A stretch of 64,000 nt of DNA from Octopus bimaculoides (taxonomy: Eukaryota), in NCBI RefSeq assembly GCF_001194135.2, contig NC_068998.1, forward strand, positions 50,972,717-51,036,716, written 5' to 3'. The position numbers and the translations under genes were made by a program. Every line of letters starts with the position of its first letter. Position 1 is the first letter of the stretch. The notes beneath the pieces were generated by a model. The model did not search any database. It worked only from the letters and a program-made list of their open reading frames with translations, and was not told where the DNA came from. Below, piece by piece: positions 41,901 through 54,397 of the stretch.

Positions 41901-42998
41901 AAAGTCCTGGAAAATCAAATTCCTGGCAACAAACAACTACATCCGATAGTTACTTAGTTTATATTTAATAACGTGGTTCAGACGGGAATTAACTAGTATA
42001 ATTTAAAAGAATTTCGCAGTATTTGCTTATTAATGTCGTCTAAATATTTCAACGAAAATTTTATATTTGCAGAGTATTTAGGGATGGATTATTGCTTGAG
42101 GGAAAAATTTTGCCCCGAAGCCTGGAAAAAATATCCTAGAGGAGCTGATGAAGAAGACGTTGATACGTTCTGTGGGTAGATATCTTTATATTTTATTTTC
42201 AGTATTAATATTATACCACGCCGGACAAAATGCTTAACGGCATTCCTTCCAGCTTTGCATTCTGTGGTCGACTATGCTTTTCCTACTTTCGAAGTCGATA
42301 AAATAAGTACCAGGTGAATACTGGGGCTGATTTAATGGATTTTCCTCCTGCCCTGAAATTGCTGGCCTTGTGCCATAATTCGAACTCAACTTTACTACAG
42401 TAACGCAAAATGTTGAAAATATTAAATTATTTTAATAAACAACTGAATCCTCAATTGATAAAGATTAGTATTTCTTACTAGTGAACACTACTCCAAGTTG
42501 TATGAAGTGTAGGCGAATTAAAACACTCAAATAATAGATCAGACATTTTAAACCACGGAAAGATTTGCGCTTAAAATAAACGAATAATAGGCATTTCAAA
42601 GTGTCATACATTTTATCAGCCTCGTTATGATTTCTCTTTAGTATAAAAATATTAACTATTTTGTAAAGAATAAAAAGTTTTGAATGGTACAACAATGCAC
42701 TATAATACAAAAAAATGGACTATATACCTGTTGTAATTTAGTTATCTATAGTCCGATGATATTTCGGAATACAATTCCTTCTTCAGATATTCTTAGATGG
42801 AGTCTCTGCTGTGCCGCATAACTTTCTAAAATCATATCAACTGATTTTTGATTGTCTTCCAGACGATTAAGCATGTATATAGCGTGTTCTTGGAAGAAAG
42901 GTCCTTGGTGGTGTATTAAAGGGCTGCAATTTGAATACTCGGCTCTTCGCGTCTGTTTTAGTAAGATATATTTTTATTTCTTCACATCGTATTCTTAG
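38381..42998 (+). CDS. Gene A: secreted cysteine-rich small protein, 104 aa, join(38381..38417,39453..39491,42073..42175,42863..42998)
   Basis: Spliced ORF with GT/AG at every junction: MKYFLCICLLIVVVGLQTCWS-FNSLKYLGMDYCLREKFCPEAWKKYPRGADEEDVDTFCGRLSMYIACSWKKGPWWCIKGLQFEYSALRVCFSKIYFYFFTSYS*. Hydrophobic N-terminus, 6 mature Cys, upstream TATA, same exon phases as paralogues B and C. C-terminal end uncertain (see finding on the downstream exon). Confidence 0.8.
38930..39200 (-). mobile_element. Probable non-LTR retroposon 3' end with (TAT)n tail in gene A intron 1
   Basis: Sequence absent from B/C intron 1, terminating at a long (AAT)n run; class unassigned. Confidence 0.4.
39453..39491 (+). 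CDS. Gene A exon 2 (39 nt, VVGLQTCWSFNSL)
   Basis: Acceptor TTCTTGTTTCAG, donor A|GTAAGC; same length, phase and flanking intron homology as B/C exon 2. Confidence 0.8.
   Translation, partial: SLGYRHVGASTH
41454..41702. mobile_element. Mariner-derived MITE in gene A intron 2
   Basis: TA|TTGGATTGGTGCATAATTATTGCGG...CCGCAATAATTATGCACCAACCCAA|TA, with mariner-type TIRs, TA TSD, internal inverted arms, and core LPSKWEAVIEVDGEY like the mariner transposase C-terminus. Confidence 0.9.
42073..42175 (+). CDS. Gene A exon 3 (103 nt, 3 Cys)
   Basis: Acceptor TATTTGCAG, weak donor GG|GTAGAT at the paralogous position; encodes YC..EKFCPEAWKKY...TFC. Confidence 0.8.
42215..42390 (+). mobile_element. 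SINE family 1 in gene A intron 3
   Basis: CACGCCGGACAAAATGCTTAACGG...GTCGATAAAATAAGTACCAG. Confidence 0.8.
42863..42998 (+). CDS. Gene A exon 4 (to TAG)
   Basis: Acceptor TTGTCTTCCAG; C-x8-C-x13-C spacing as in B/C; may instead end at the GTAAGA donor at 42961. Confidence 0.7.
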
Positions 42999-43681
42999 AA
43001 GTCCTGAAGCAACGAACTAAATTCTAAACTGTAGTTTTTATATAAATTCATATAACACTAACTGGAATTTTTCCATTCATTCAAAATTAGAGTCTTAAAA
43101 TTATATTACATTATTTTCTATACAATCAACATTTACACAAGCGATGGAGCACAGATAATTTGTTTTAGTGAATTTACATACAATTGTTTATGTTATAAGT
43201 CTGTATTCAAATATGTTGATATTTTAAGATGCTAAGAAATTACCGAAGAGAGTTAACTCAACGAATATATCAAATTTGTATGAATATAAAATTAGAATGT
43301 GAAAATAGACACGAACAATCTTCATAATAATTGTGTATATTTCTCGCTAAGCTTCTCAGGCAAGTCTGATTGTTTTTTGAAATATTTTGAAACAGATTAA
43401 ACAGTATGCCTAAAATCTATTCCAGTGTCCAAAGAAAAACCAAAAAGTAGATAACTTCACTTTCACAAGATTTTGAAGAGTTACATTGACAGAAATAACA
43501 CATTGACTGCAAGGAACAAACCTGAGGTTAGTTATGTGATATTAACACAAATATATATAAACAGGATATCATTACCGCAGGAGCTTCAGCATAATTATTG
43601 CCACACAATTTAATCATATATACTCACTATTCAAAACAATGCGATTTCTACACTCATTTTGTAAAACAGGGATGTGTATAT

Positions 43682-43752
<71 letters not shown>

Positions 43753-43832
43753 CTCTCACACACACACATACACAAGATCATTAATACGAATATATCATAT
43801 ACCTCAGACTAACAATATTATAAGCAACTTAA

Positions 43833-44050
43833 GGCTGTGAGCTGGCAGAAACGTTAGCACGCCGGGCGAAATGCTTAGCGGTATATCATCTGTCATTACG
43901 TTCTGAGTTCAAATTCCACCGAGGTCGACTTTGCCTTTCATCCTTTCTGGGTCGATAAATTAAGTACCAGTTGTGTACTGGGGTCGATCTAATTGACTTG
44001 CCTCCTCCCGTCACTAAAAATCTGGGGCCTTTTTCCTAGAGTAGAAAAGA
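43833..44050 (+). mobile_element. SINE family 1 (young, near full length)
   Basis: GAGCTGGCAGAAACGTTAGCACGCCGGGCGAAATGCTTAGCGG...CCTAGAGTAGAAAAGAA. Confidence 0.9.
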
Positions 44051-44642
44051 ATATGAAGATTACTATATGTACATCACTATATAACTCTAACAATAATTAG
44101 TATGGTATTATACTATATCCGCGACTGTAATATTGTAGTGAAGCTGTTACATAAAGTTTAGTAATATTATTGTCAATTTAACACCAATGCTCAATAGTAT
44201 ATTTAAATGGAAAAACTTTTACAGAAAACGGGTTCAACGAAATGTTCAAACTTTGAACTTTTCAAAAAAAGAAAAAAAAAGAAATGTTTCACAGGAAACG
44301 TTTTAATAAAATATTGAGCCTCCAAAAGCTAGAAATTACAAAGGAAAAAATTTAAAAAATTTAATTGACATTTTGTTGCACTTTTTGAAAAAAATAATAA
44401 TTCTAATATTGAACACTTCTCTTTTCTTTCTCCTCTTTCTTTTTCTTTCTCTATTCCAATTCAAAAAAAAAAAATGATATTTCTAATGAGTGATGAGGTT
44501 ACGGAATTATAGTGAAGGCTCGTTTGAGCTCGACCCAAAATTTTGTAGGGTCGATTATGTACAGGTAAACCTTTTTGATTAATCTTAACCAAATTCTCTC
44601 CAATACAGATATTATAAGCCTTGTTTTCTATTCACATTACAG

Positions 44643-44740
44643 TTCATATTCCTGTCAGCAATCAGTTCTGAAGATTTGAATTAGAAAAATACTGAAACAA
44701 CGCATATATATGTAAATAAAACTATAATAAATATGTCAAT
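44643..44740 (+). other. Candidate downstream terminal exon of gene A
   Basis: Strong acceptor TTCACATTACAG, then TTCATATTCCTGTC shared with B/C, AATAAA at 44715 and 44726. Confidence 0.4.
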
Positions 44741-46524
44741 GTTTTGTAGTTTTGATTGAATGTGAAAACATGACAAATGTATTTCTTTGGAATTTCTGCG
44801 TTTTGAGTACAAAAGATCGTGGCGTGTTCTGTGAAAATTGAATAATACTTAACTAATTTTATTTCTTTCATTCGGTAGATATATTGAGATATAGTAGAAT
44901 AGTTTATTCGGTTTAGAAATTTAAATGAGTGTATATGATGTTTAAAACTGCTTTTGAAATGGTATTCTGTGAAATCGAAATAACTCTACTTGGTATGAAT
45001 AAAGTAAGCCACTTTTCCAGCAAATGCTTTGCCCGATATCCTTTAAACTGTGTCAGTTTTTTCTAACTGAAGGTTAAGAGCCATATCTAGTCAAGTTTAA
45101 ATTTGAAAATAAGATATTGTAGAAAATGAGCCGTAATCTGTTACGGTAATGCCAATTGTGGTGTTTGGTCTCACGGCTATTCTTTATATTGGACAAATTA
45201 TACAAGTTGCCCAAGAATACGCGTGAGATCAAACACTACATTTGGTATTACCGTCAGAGATTAGGTAAATATGACGTAATCTGGTATACTTCTCATTTCA
45301 ATACCGCGGGAGCTACTAGTATCTATAATAAACTGTTCTACTTATCTACGTCTTAGAGAAAATCTTCTCTCTTTCTAGCTGGTACCAACGTAAAAGAAAA
45401 CTTAGAATTTTGTACTCAACCGTTCCTAATCTAGGGATTATAACGGTAAGATTATATAAGCGGAATATTACATTAGCTCGAACTAATAAACGAATTAGAG
45501 TTAATAAGAATAGAAATATAAATCTGATCGAAAATACTCACACAACTGCGACTACCTTAAATTGTAATACTAATGATACTAAAGGCAGCAATGACGTTAG
45601 TAATAATATTAATAGTAAGTCGAGATAGTTCTGACCTCTAAGTAATAACAACTTCGTTGGCCTACGCTTGGATACACATACTATCAGGGGCTAGCGTTCT
45701 AATGCGGTTGAATTGATTATCAGCTAATCTACACTTGACCTTCTTTTGATACCAATTGCGGTGGAGCTGAATAACAGCCACATTGTGAATGCAGGTCATG
45801 AAACTGACTAGTATAGTGCTTATATAGATGATGGAAAAGATGAAAATGTGAGGGATAGTGACCCACTGAACGATATTAATATCATCCATGATGTGAACGA
45901 AATTAATGTACTTTATTGTTATGGATTAACACTGGTATTGATACTTTGAGCTATTCAACTGCTCTTAATTTGCATCGAGCGGTAATAATAGTAGTGATAG
46001 TATTAGGAATAATGATGCTGGTAATAGCAGCGGTAACAACAACGGTGATAGCTGTAAATCGAGTAATTATAATATGAAGAAGAAGAAGAAGAAAAGGAAG
46101 AAGATGAAGAAGAAGAAGACGAAGAATAAGAAGAAAAGGAAAAAGAAGACGAATGAGAAGAAGAAAAGGAAGAAGACGAAGCCAAAGAAGAAGAAGAACA
46201 ACAACAACAACAGCAACAACATCCACGGAAACAATTATGTTAATAGTAATAATTCTTCCTATCATAGTTACATGGCCTGAAACTATGTGGAAGTGAGCAA
46301 GTCAGTTACATCGATTCCAGTGCGTAACTTGTACGTATTTCATCGACTCCGAAAAATGAAAGGCAAAGTTGACCTCGGTGGGATTTGAACTCAGAACTCA
46401 AAGACAGAAGAAATGCCTCTAAGCATTTTGCCCGGCGTGTGCTAACGACTCTGCAAGCTCGCCGACTTATTTTGTTAATAGTAATAATGATAACAGATAT
46501 GACATAAATGGTAATGGTACGACT

Positions 46525-46686
46525 CCGAAGAAATGCAATTGTCGGGACCGAGTTAAATGTCCGCTTAAATGAAGCTGTCTCACAATGAATATCATTTACA
46601 AATGTATCACAAAAACCAATACTAATACCTACACCCGCATAGGCAGTACATCACCTGCCTTCAGAGTAAGATTACGTAATCACCTT
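46525..46686 (+). mobile_element. PLE GIY-YIG endonuclease relic, N-terminal half
   Basis: KKCNCRDRVKCPLK*SCLTMNIIYKC...TRIGSTSPAFRVRLRNH matches PLE CNCR..CPLxGxCL...IY...YIGxT...FKxRxxNH; stop at 46570. Confidence 0.85.
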
Positions 46687-46998
46687 TAAGTTAACTTAGA
46701 CAACCTTGTAAGCCCCCGACCCTGCTCCCTAGCTTATATGTTGGCAATCTTATATCGGATGTAATGTGACGGTATTAGGTAGTATTTCAGCTTACGTGAA
46801 CATATCTGCTAACTCACGCCTATATTCCCCCTTGCTCTTAATGATTTTACCATGTCTAATTATCTTCACATGTTTTAATATAACTCTTTTATTGGATAGC
46901 ACTGTAACGCTTATGTTTATCAGCAAATAAAACGTCTGAAAGAAATCTGTGTTATTGTTTATACACACATACATTCATACACAGTCACACACACACGC

Positions 46999-47051
<53 letters not shown>

Positions 47052-47160
47052 CATTGATACATAAATGTTATATTTCAACATCTCACTTAGTTAAACCATT
47101 AAAGGTATAACAATAAAATATTAGAAAAAACTACATGGGGCAAATATAAGCTGGTTGTAG

Positions 47161-47232
47161 TGAGGAGAAACAGCTGTTACATTATTTCTAAATATAAAAG
47201 ACATGGAGAAAGGTAAGAGAACATTTCATGAT
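47161..47232 (+). promoter_or_regulatory. Gene B core promoter: CAGCTG (47171) and TATAAAA (47193)
   Basis: Same motif arrangement as A and C. Confidence 0.7.
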
Positions 47233-47262
47233 CGGACGGTCATTGAAAAGGAAAAATCCACG

Positions 47263-47296
47263 ATGAAATATTCTCCGTATTTTCTTTTTATTATCG
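47263..47296 (+). CDS. Gene B coding exon 1 ([11 protein letters not shown])
   Basis: ATG at 47263; donor G|GTAAGT at 47297. Confidence 0.75.
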
Positions 47297-47446
47297 GTAA
47301 GTAATTACAAGACAAACGTTTTTATCTTCATAAATGTTTCTATTTAATATGCGGTTATCATTTAATCTACCACACACACACACACGCACACACACACACA
47401 CACTCACATACACACAATTATATACACATACATAATCATATACATA

Positions 47447-47517
<71 letters not shown>

Positions 47518-49605
47518 GTATATATATGTATATATAAGTGTGTGCATTAGTTTGTGTGCGTGTTTTTCTTTTGTGTGTATGTGTACATAGCACACATATT
47601 CGAAACCTTTCAAGCTTTATATTTAAACAAGTTTTTGCAGAATGAAATTTTGATGGGATGTAAAAGTCTCTGCTTTAACTTAATACTGTTTTAATCGCCT
47701 TCACCACGATTTTACCATTCGGCTGTTACCCACCGATATCGGTAAAATAATTATTCATGATTGCTTGTATATATCGAGAAAAGAAATTCGTTCGAGAAGG
47801 CTGCACGTTCATGACAAACCTCGTGAAGGGCGAAATATATCTAATATTCTCATGACTTACTGCTGTGATGACGTTCGTTTAGCTTAGATACATATTACTG
47901 TTTAAACACAACATTGCTATGAAGAAATTTTTACTCATCCAATTCTACAAACTCATGTCTTCAAATGATGTGTATGAATTGTATAAATTTCCTATGATAT
48001 ATATATGCCGAGTTGCAGATTAAATTTTCATTATTATAACCCGTTATTATATTTCTCGATCTTTTTCAGCGTTCCCTGTTTTTATTCTTCTACTTATTTT
48101 AGTCAATGGACTTCAGACATTTCGGGGGATGCGTCTGCCGAGTAAGGAGATAATGACTCAATCTATTTAAATGTGGTATTGTTTATCAAACATTAATTTT
48201 AAAAAATCCAACGTTTTCTATGGCGTGTCAACCGAAATACGCACGACAATAGAAGCAGAAGCACACATACGCACACATACTCACACTCGCACACACACGC
48301 ACACACACACACACACACACTCACACATTTATGTACATATATACATATACATCTACACGTATATATACATACACAGATATATATACATATATATATATGT
48401 ATATACATACATATACATATAAATATACATATATATACATATATACATAAATATATATGTGTATACATACATACATACATACATATATGTATATATATAT
48501 ATANNNNNNNNNNNNNNNNNNNNNNNNNNNNNNNNNNNNNNNNNNNNNNNNNNNNNNNNNNNNNNNNNNNNNNNNNNNNNNNNNNNNNNNNNNNNNNNNN
48601 NNNNNNNNNNNNNNNNNNNNNNNNNNNNNNNNNNNNNNNNNNNNNNNNNNNNNNNNNNNNNNNNNNNNNNNNNNNNNNNNNNNNNNNNNNNNNNNNNNNN
48701 NNNNNNNNNNNNNNNNNNNNNNNNNNNNNNNNNNNNNNNNNNNNNNNNNNNNNNNNNNNNNNNNNNNNNNNNNNNNNNNNNNNNNNNNNNNNNNNNNNNN
48801 NNNNNNNNNNNNNNNNNNNNNNNNNNNNNNNNNNNNNNNNNNNNNNNNNNNNNNNNNNNNNNNNNNNNNNNNNNNNNNNNNNNNNNNNNNNNNNNNNNNN
48901 NNNNNNNNNNNNNNNNNNNNNNNNNNNNNNNNNNNNNNNNNNNNNNNNNNNNNNNNNNNNNNNNNNNNNNNNNNNNNNNNNNNNNNNNNNNNNNNNNNNN
49001 NNNNNNNNNNNNNNNNNNNNNNNNNNNNNNNNNNNNNNNNNNNNNNNNNNNNNNNNNNNNNNNNNNNNNNNNNNNNNNNNNNNNNNNNNNNNNNNNNNNN
49101 NNNNNNNNNNNNNNNNNNNNNNNNNNNNNNNNNNNNNNNNNNNNNNNNNNNNNNNNNNNNNNNNNNNNNNNNNNNNNNNNNNNNNNNNNNNNNNNNNNNN
49201 NNNNNNNNNNNNNNNNNNNNNNNNNNNNNNNNNNNNNNNNNNNNNNNNNNNNNNNNNNNNNNNNNNNNNNNNNNNNNNNNNNNNNNNNNNNNNNNNNNNN
49301 NNNNNNNNNNNNNNNNNNNNNNNNNNNNNNNNNNNNNNNNNNNNNNNNNNNNNNNNNNNNNNNNNNNNNNNNNNNNNNNNNNNNNNNNNNNNNNNNNNNN
49401 NNNNNNNNNNNNNNNNNNNNTATATATATATATATATATTACGAGAGCTTATTATAATTTGATTATCACTGTAGTGTATATTATTTGAACTTCTGCCTGT
49501 TTTTTTTAATTATTCAATGTTGTAATACTTCTTATTGTTTGATGAGAAACTAATAAACTTCTTACAATATATGCAATGAATATATATTACATACATAGCC
49601 TGTGT

Positions 49606-49667
<62 letters not shown>

Positions 49668-50942
49668 AATCAAATCTAGTTGTGTAATTCATGTATATAT
49701 TTCAGATTATATTCTACAATATATGCTGACAGGTAAACCATTTCCAGAAGATAAAGGTTAGTAAACTCTTTTTTACTTAGAAAATGATCATAATGTTGCT
49801 TTATGTTAGTTATTTTTAATATAGTTTGTGAGATGCACCTCTGTACGGTATTATTGCTCAAAGAGATAGCTTTCAAAACTGTTTCAGGATATTTCTTCAG
49901 AACAGTTGTCATAACTTCTCGAATGACTGGCGCGATCAAAGTTTTCTCAGTCGTATGAGTTTTGCCTGCCAACGTCACTGTTATGTGCCGCAGCAGCAAA
50001 CATGTCGTAAAGTTGTGTCCTTGCTACTTTTGTCAGGCAAATCTTTGAAATAGCTCATATGTTTATCGGCTTTATTGGGATGCAACATCTTGAAATGAAT
50101 ATTTTAATTTCGTGACCTCGGATGGATGGAAAGCAAATGCGACATTATCTGAATATGAACTTGGAATGTAAAGAGCGAGAAGAATTATCACAGAGCATTT
50201 TTTTTCTGTTGCTATCACAATTCTGTTAATCCAACAGTACGAAACTGACAATTTCCAGCTGATGTCGTGGATTCAGACCGGAATTAGTATAATTTATACT
50301 ATATTTCTTAATATTCATTCAGTCTGAAAGAATATTAAATAATAATTTTTAATTTACAGATTTTCCTGTCGTGGGCCATTGCTTGGATGAAACATATTGC
50401 CCAGAAGCTGAGAAAAAGTATCCTTCAGATTTTAACATCGAAAGTTTCTGCTTGTACATATCATTTTTATTCCCACTCTTATTTCTCATTTAAATAAGCA
50501 TTGCATCATAATCTCTTAAAAACTTATATTTCTTTATTGAGCAGACCGCTAAATGTTTGTCAGAGTGTGGGCGAATTTAAATATTACACACACGACCAGA
50601 TATCATAAAACAAAGAAATGCAAATTATACCACGAAAAGATTTGCCCACAAATATCAAACATATAACGCCATACATTTTAAAATGGTACACATTTTATCA
50701 ACTTCATTATGATTTCTTGTTTGTAGCAAAAAATAATACAAAATATTGCCAGATATATTCAGTATAATTTTTTAAAAATTATATCGAGCGAATTCTGTTT
50801 GTCTTGCAGACGTATATTAATGTATACAGATTGTGCCAGGAAGATTGAAGATCTGCAGTGCATTAAGGAGCTGAATGCTTATTACAAGTTCTTTGACTTC
50901 TGTCATTGTAAGAGATTTATGTTTCTTTGCAAAGTATGGTAA
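47263..50942 (+). CDS. Gene B: secreted cysteine-rich small protein, 99 aa, join(47263..47296,48103..48141,50360..50453,50810..50942)
   Basis: Spliced open frame: [99 protein letters not shown]. 8 mature Cys, TATA at 47193, ATTAAA at 51036. A gap in intron 2 (48504-49420) could hide sequence. Confidence 0.8.
48103..48141 (+). CDS. Gene B exon 2 (39 nt)
   Basis: Acceptor TACTTATTTTAG, donor A|GTAAGG. Confidence 0.75.
49820..50050 (-). mobile_element. hAT (Charlie/Buster-like) transposase relic in gene B intron 2
   Basis: [25 protein letters not shown]...[15 protein letters not shown] matches the KPHTIGExLIxP...IPLSNNTVxRRI motif. Confidence 0.75.
50360..50453 (+). CDS. Gene B exon 3 (94 nt)
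   Basis: Acceptor AATTTACAG, weak donor TT|GTACAT; encodes [16 protein letters not shown]...FC. Confidence 0.8.
50810..50942 (+). CDS. Gene B exon 4 (to TAA)
   Basis: Acceptor TTTGTCTTGCAG; 5 Cys including CHC. Confidence 0.75.
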
Positions 50943-51774
50943 GAAATCGTGAAGAAGAGAGCTTAATTAGTGACGCTAAATTAATGATGATGTAAATTCA
51001 ATTACCACAGATGTGAATTTTCCTTTTAGTTCATAATTAAACGGTTAAATATATTAGATTATTTTCTATATAATTAATACTTAAACGATGGAGTATCAAA
51101 GATCTGCTTAGTGTATCATGTTTTGCCTGTTGCTATTATTTCATATAAATTATATGGGTTAAATGTAGATACAAAGAAAGTTTGAGGTTGAAAAAAAACT
51201 TGAAGTACCATTATAGGAAAATTTATCAGATTTGCAGGAATGCATGGGAAAATAACTTCCATCAACCCCTAGAATCTTTGTGTTTTCATTTCACGCTAAA
51301 CAGCTCGGAAAGGTTTAATTCATTTCTGAAGTATCAATCTAAAATTAATTTCACATATCATATATTCATTCCAGTATAAAAAACAGAAGTTCATATGATG
51401 TTTCGCTTTATTCTACTACATTAAGCAGCATATTAGATATAAAATACTTATTTGCCTAATGGAAGAATTGAATATTAAATCAAAGTATATTTTGATGTAA
51501 GAATATTTATCAAAATACATTTGTATTTTATATTCGTACTTCATTATCACAACGTTTTCAGTTGAATATTATTAACACAGTCTAGACGTACTCTAGTCTA
51601 AATGACAGTTGACAGTTAGACTGGTTTAAGAAACATAATACCAACAGGATATTATTACTAAAATATCTGTAATGTAGCTTATTTCCACAAAATATGTCAT
51701 ATATACTCACTATTAAATGTAATGTAGTTTCTACACTCCTGGTGTAAAGCAGTGATGTATACATACATATGGCA

Positions 51775-51910
51775 ATACATACATACATACATACATACAT
51801 ACATACATACATACGTACATACATACATACACACATACATACGTACATACATACATACATACATACATACGTACATACATACATACATACATACATACAT
51901 ACATACCTTC

Positions 51911-52004
<94 letters not shown>
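51775..52004. repeat. Compound (CATA)n-(GAT)n-(AAT)n microsatellite
   Basis: Direct reading. Confidence 0.95.
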
Positions 52005-52861
52005 GTCAAAATTAAAAGAAGAGTGCCATTTGCTATCTCGTGAACAATATTTCGACATCTTGCGTGTCTTCCACTGGTTCAAAAAATAAATTTGTCAATC
52101 TNNNNNNNNNNNNNNNNNNNNNNNNNNNNNNNNNNNNNNNNNNNNNNNNNNNNNNNNNNNNNNNNNNNNNNNNNNNNNNNNNNNNNNNNNNNNNNNNNNN
52201 NNNNNNNNNNNNNNNNNNNNNNNNNNNNNNNNNNNNNNNNNNNNNNNNNNNNNNNNNNNNNNNNNNNNNNNNNNNNNNNNNNNNNNNNNNNNNNNNNNNN
52301 NNNNNNNNNNNNNNNNNNNNNNNNNNNNNNNNNNNNNNNNNNNNNNNNNNNNNNNNNNNNNNNNNNNNNNNNNNNNNNNNNNNNNNNNNNNNNNNNNNNN
52401 NNNNNNNNNNNNNNNNNNNNNNNNNNNNNNNNNNNNNNNNNNNNNNNNNNNNNNNNNNNNNNNNNNNNNNNNNNNNNNNNNNNNNNNNNNNNNNNNNNNN
52501 NNNNNNNNNNNNNNNNNNNNNNNNNNNNNNNNNNNNNNNNNNNNNNNNNNNNNNNNNNNNNNNNNNNNNNNNNNNNNNNNNNNNNNNNNNNNNNNNNGCC
52601 ATTTGCTATCTCGTGAACAATATTTCGACATCTTGCGTGTAATTTTAACTCTATATCTTCAGGAGGAGTTACCTCAATCCTTTCTATATAAACGAAAATG
52701 AAGTAGATTGATAAATTTATTTTTTGAACCAGTGGAAGACACGCAAGATGTCGAAATATTGTTCACGAGATAGCAAATGTCACTCTTCTTTTAATTTTGA
52801 CTCTATATCTTCAGGAGGAGTTACCTCAATCCTTTCTATATAAATAATAATAATAATAATA

Positions 52862-53090
52862 ATATTTCTAACTAAATCCCCCTCTATTCTATTTCTTTCT
52901 ACCGCCAAAGCTTTAATGGTTTCTACTATAATTTCTCTTTCAAGAGCAAAGCACCATTTACTGTTGACGATTGCCTCCGTCAACGACCGATTAACTAGTT
53001 CACTAATCCAGTCTCTGTAACCTTGATACGCCGGTAACGATGCCTTCAGCTTCTAGTAACCGTAACTGGGACCCTGTCTACGAAGCCTAT
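52862..53090 (-). mobile_element. L1/Tx1-clade ORF2 relic
   Basis: GPSYGY*KLKASL (decayed GxGYWKLNxSLL) followed by RSLTEAIVNSKWCFALEREI...LAVERNRIEGDL. Confidence 0.65.
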
Positions 53091-53607
53091 CCAATTCGAC
53101 CGTATAATAAATAAGTGGAAATTTTACCCGTGAGTGTGTTAAATTATAAGGCACCAAAAGAGAATAACTCTCCCCAGACACGACCGTATATATTATTAAT
53201 GTTTTGTAAAATGATACATTAAGGATTTTTTAGTAAGTACTACCGGATTCCTTGAATCCATATATTGTGAATTGGATTTACGCACCGCCCCCCACACACA
53301 GGCATAAAACCATTAATACAAATATATCGTGCATTTTAGAAAAACAACATTATAAACAATTTCTTCAGTCATGTGATACAGTTTCCTATATGCATAACAC
53401 TCAATAATTGTTACAATTGGTATATTATACACAAGTACAGAAAATGTAATATTGCAGAAAAGTTGTTACATTAATTTCAGAAATACTATTGTCAACTTAA
53501 CACCAACACTCAATACTTATGTACAGGAAAATCTCTTTGGTTAATTTTAACTTAATTCCCTCCAATACAGATGTTGTAATAAGCATTCTTTTCTCTTCTC
53601 ATTACAG

Positions 53608-53710
53608 TTCATATTCCTGTCAATTCCGAAGTTGTGAATAAGAAGTGTAAAAAATCAATACATGTATACATAAATAAAAATATAATAAATATATTGGTGT
53701 TGTCTTGTAA
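53608..53710 (+). other. Candidate downstream terminal exon of gene B
   Basis: Acceptor CTTTTCTCTTCTCATTACAG, two AATAAA, GT-rich downstream element. Confidence 0.4.
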
Positions 53711-53937
53711 TTTTGGTTGAATTTTGTGGAAACATGAGAAAGGGATTTCTATTGAATATCTCAAGTTTGAGTCAAGTTAGAGTCGGGGATGAGTTTGGTT
53801 GTGTGCGTGGGATTTCCGTGAGTCTTAACTGTGGAATTAAGTGTAAAGATTTAATGACACTTAAGAACAATGAAATACTTACTGAACGAAAAATAACAGC
53901 AACAGCGATGACGACGATGACAATAATAATAATAATG

Positions 53938-53997
<60 letters not shown>

Positions 53998-54000
<3 letters not shown>

Positions 54001-54397
54001 GAATAAAAACAGAAAAAAAGATGGTATAAGCACACGCCAGAAAAAGGTCACANNNNNNNNNNAATGGAATAAAAACAGAAAAAAAGATGGTATAAGCACA
54101 CGCCAGAAAAAGGTCACAGAAAAGGAGAAAGCAACCATACACTGGGATATGCCAATACGCACAGATAGAGAAATTAAGGCCAATAGGCCAGATATAGTTA
54201 TCAGTGATCATGAAGAAAAAAAAAATGCTTTCTAATTGATGTATCAATACCAGTAGATAACAACGTTTCCTTAAAAGAAATGGAGAAACTTTCAAAATAC
54301 AAAGACCTGGAAATAGGGGTAACTCGAATGTGGAATCTAAAAACATAAACAATTCCTATCATAGTAGGCGCCTTAGGTATAATAAAAAATATTCAGA
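53998..54397 (+). mobile_element. R4/Dong-type non-LTR element fragment (restriction-like endonuclease)
   Basis: TIHWDMPIRTDREIKANRPDIVI...CFLIDVSIP...EKLSKYKDLE...MWNL...PIIVGALG; follows a (TAA)n run. Confidence 0.85.

Noticed and set aside
53998-54118. 56-bp direct repeat either side of a 10-N gap
   Set aside because: Typical contig-overlap scaffolding artefact.
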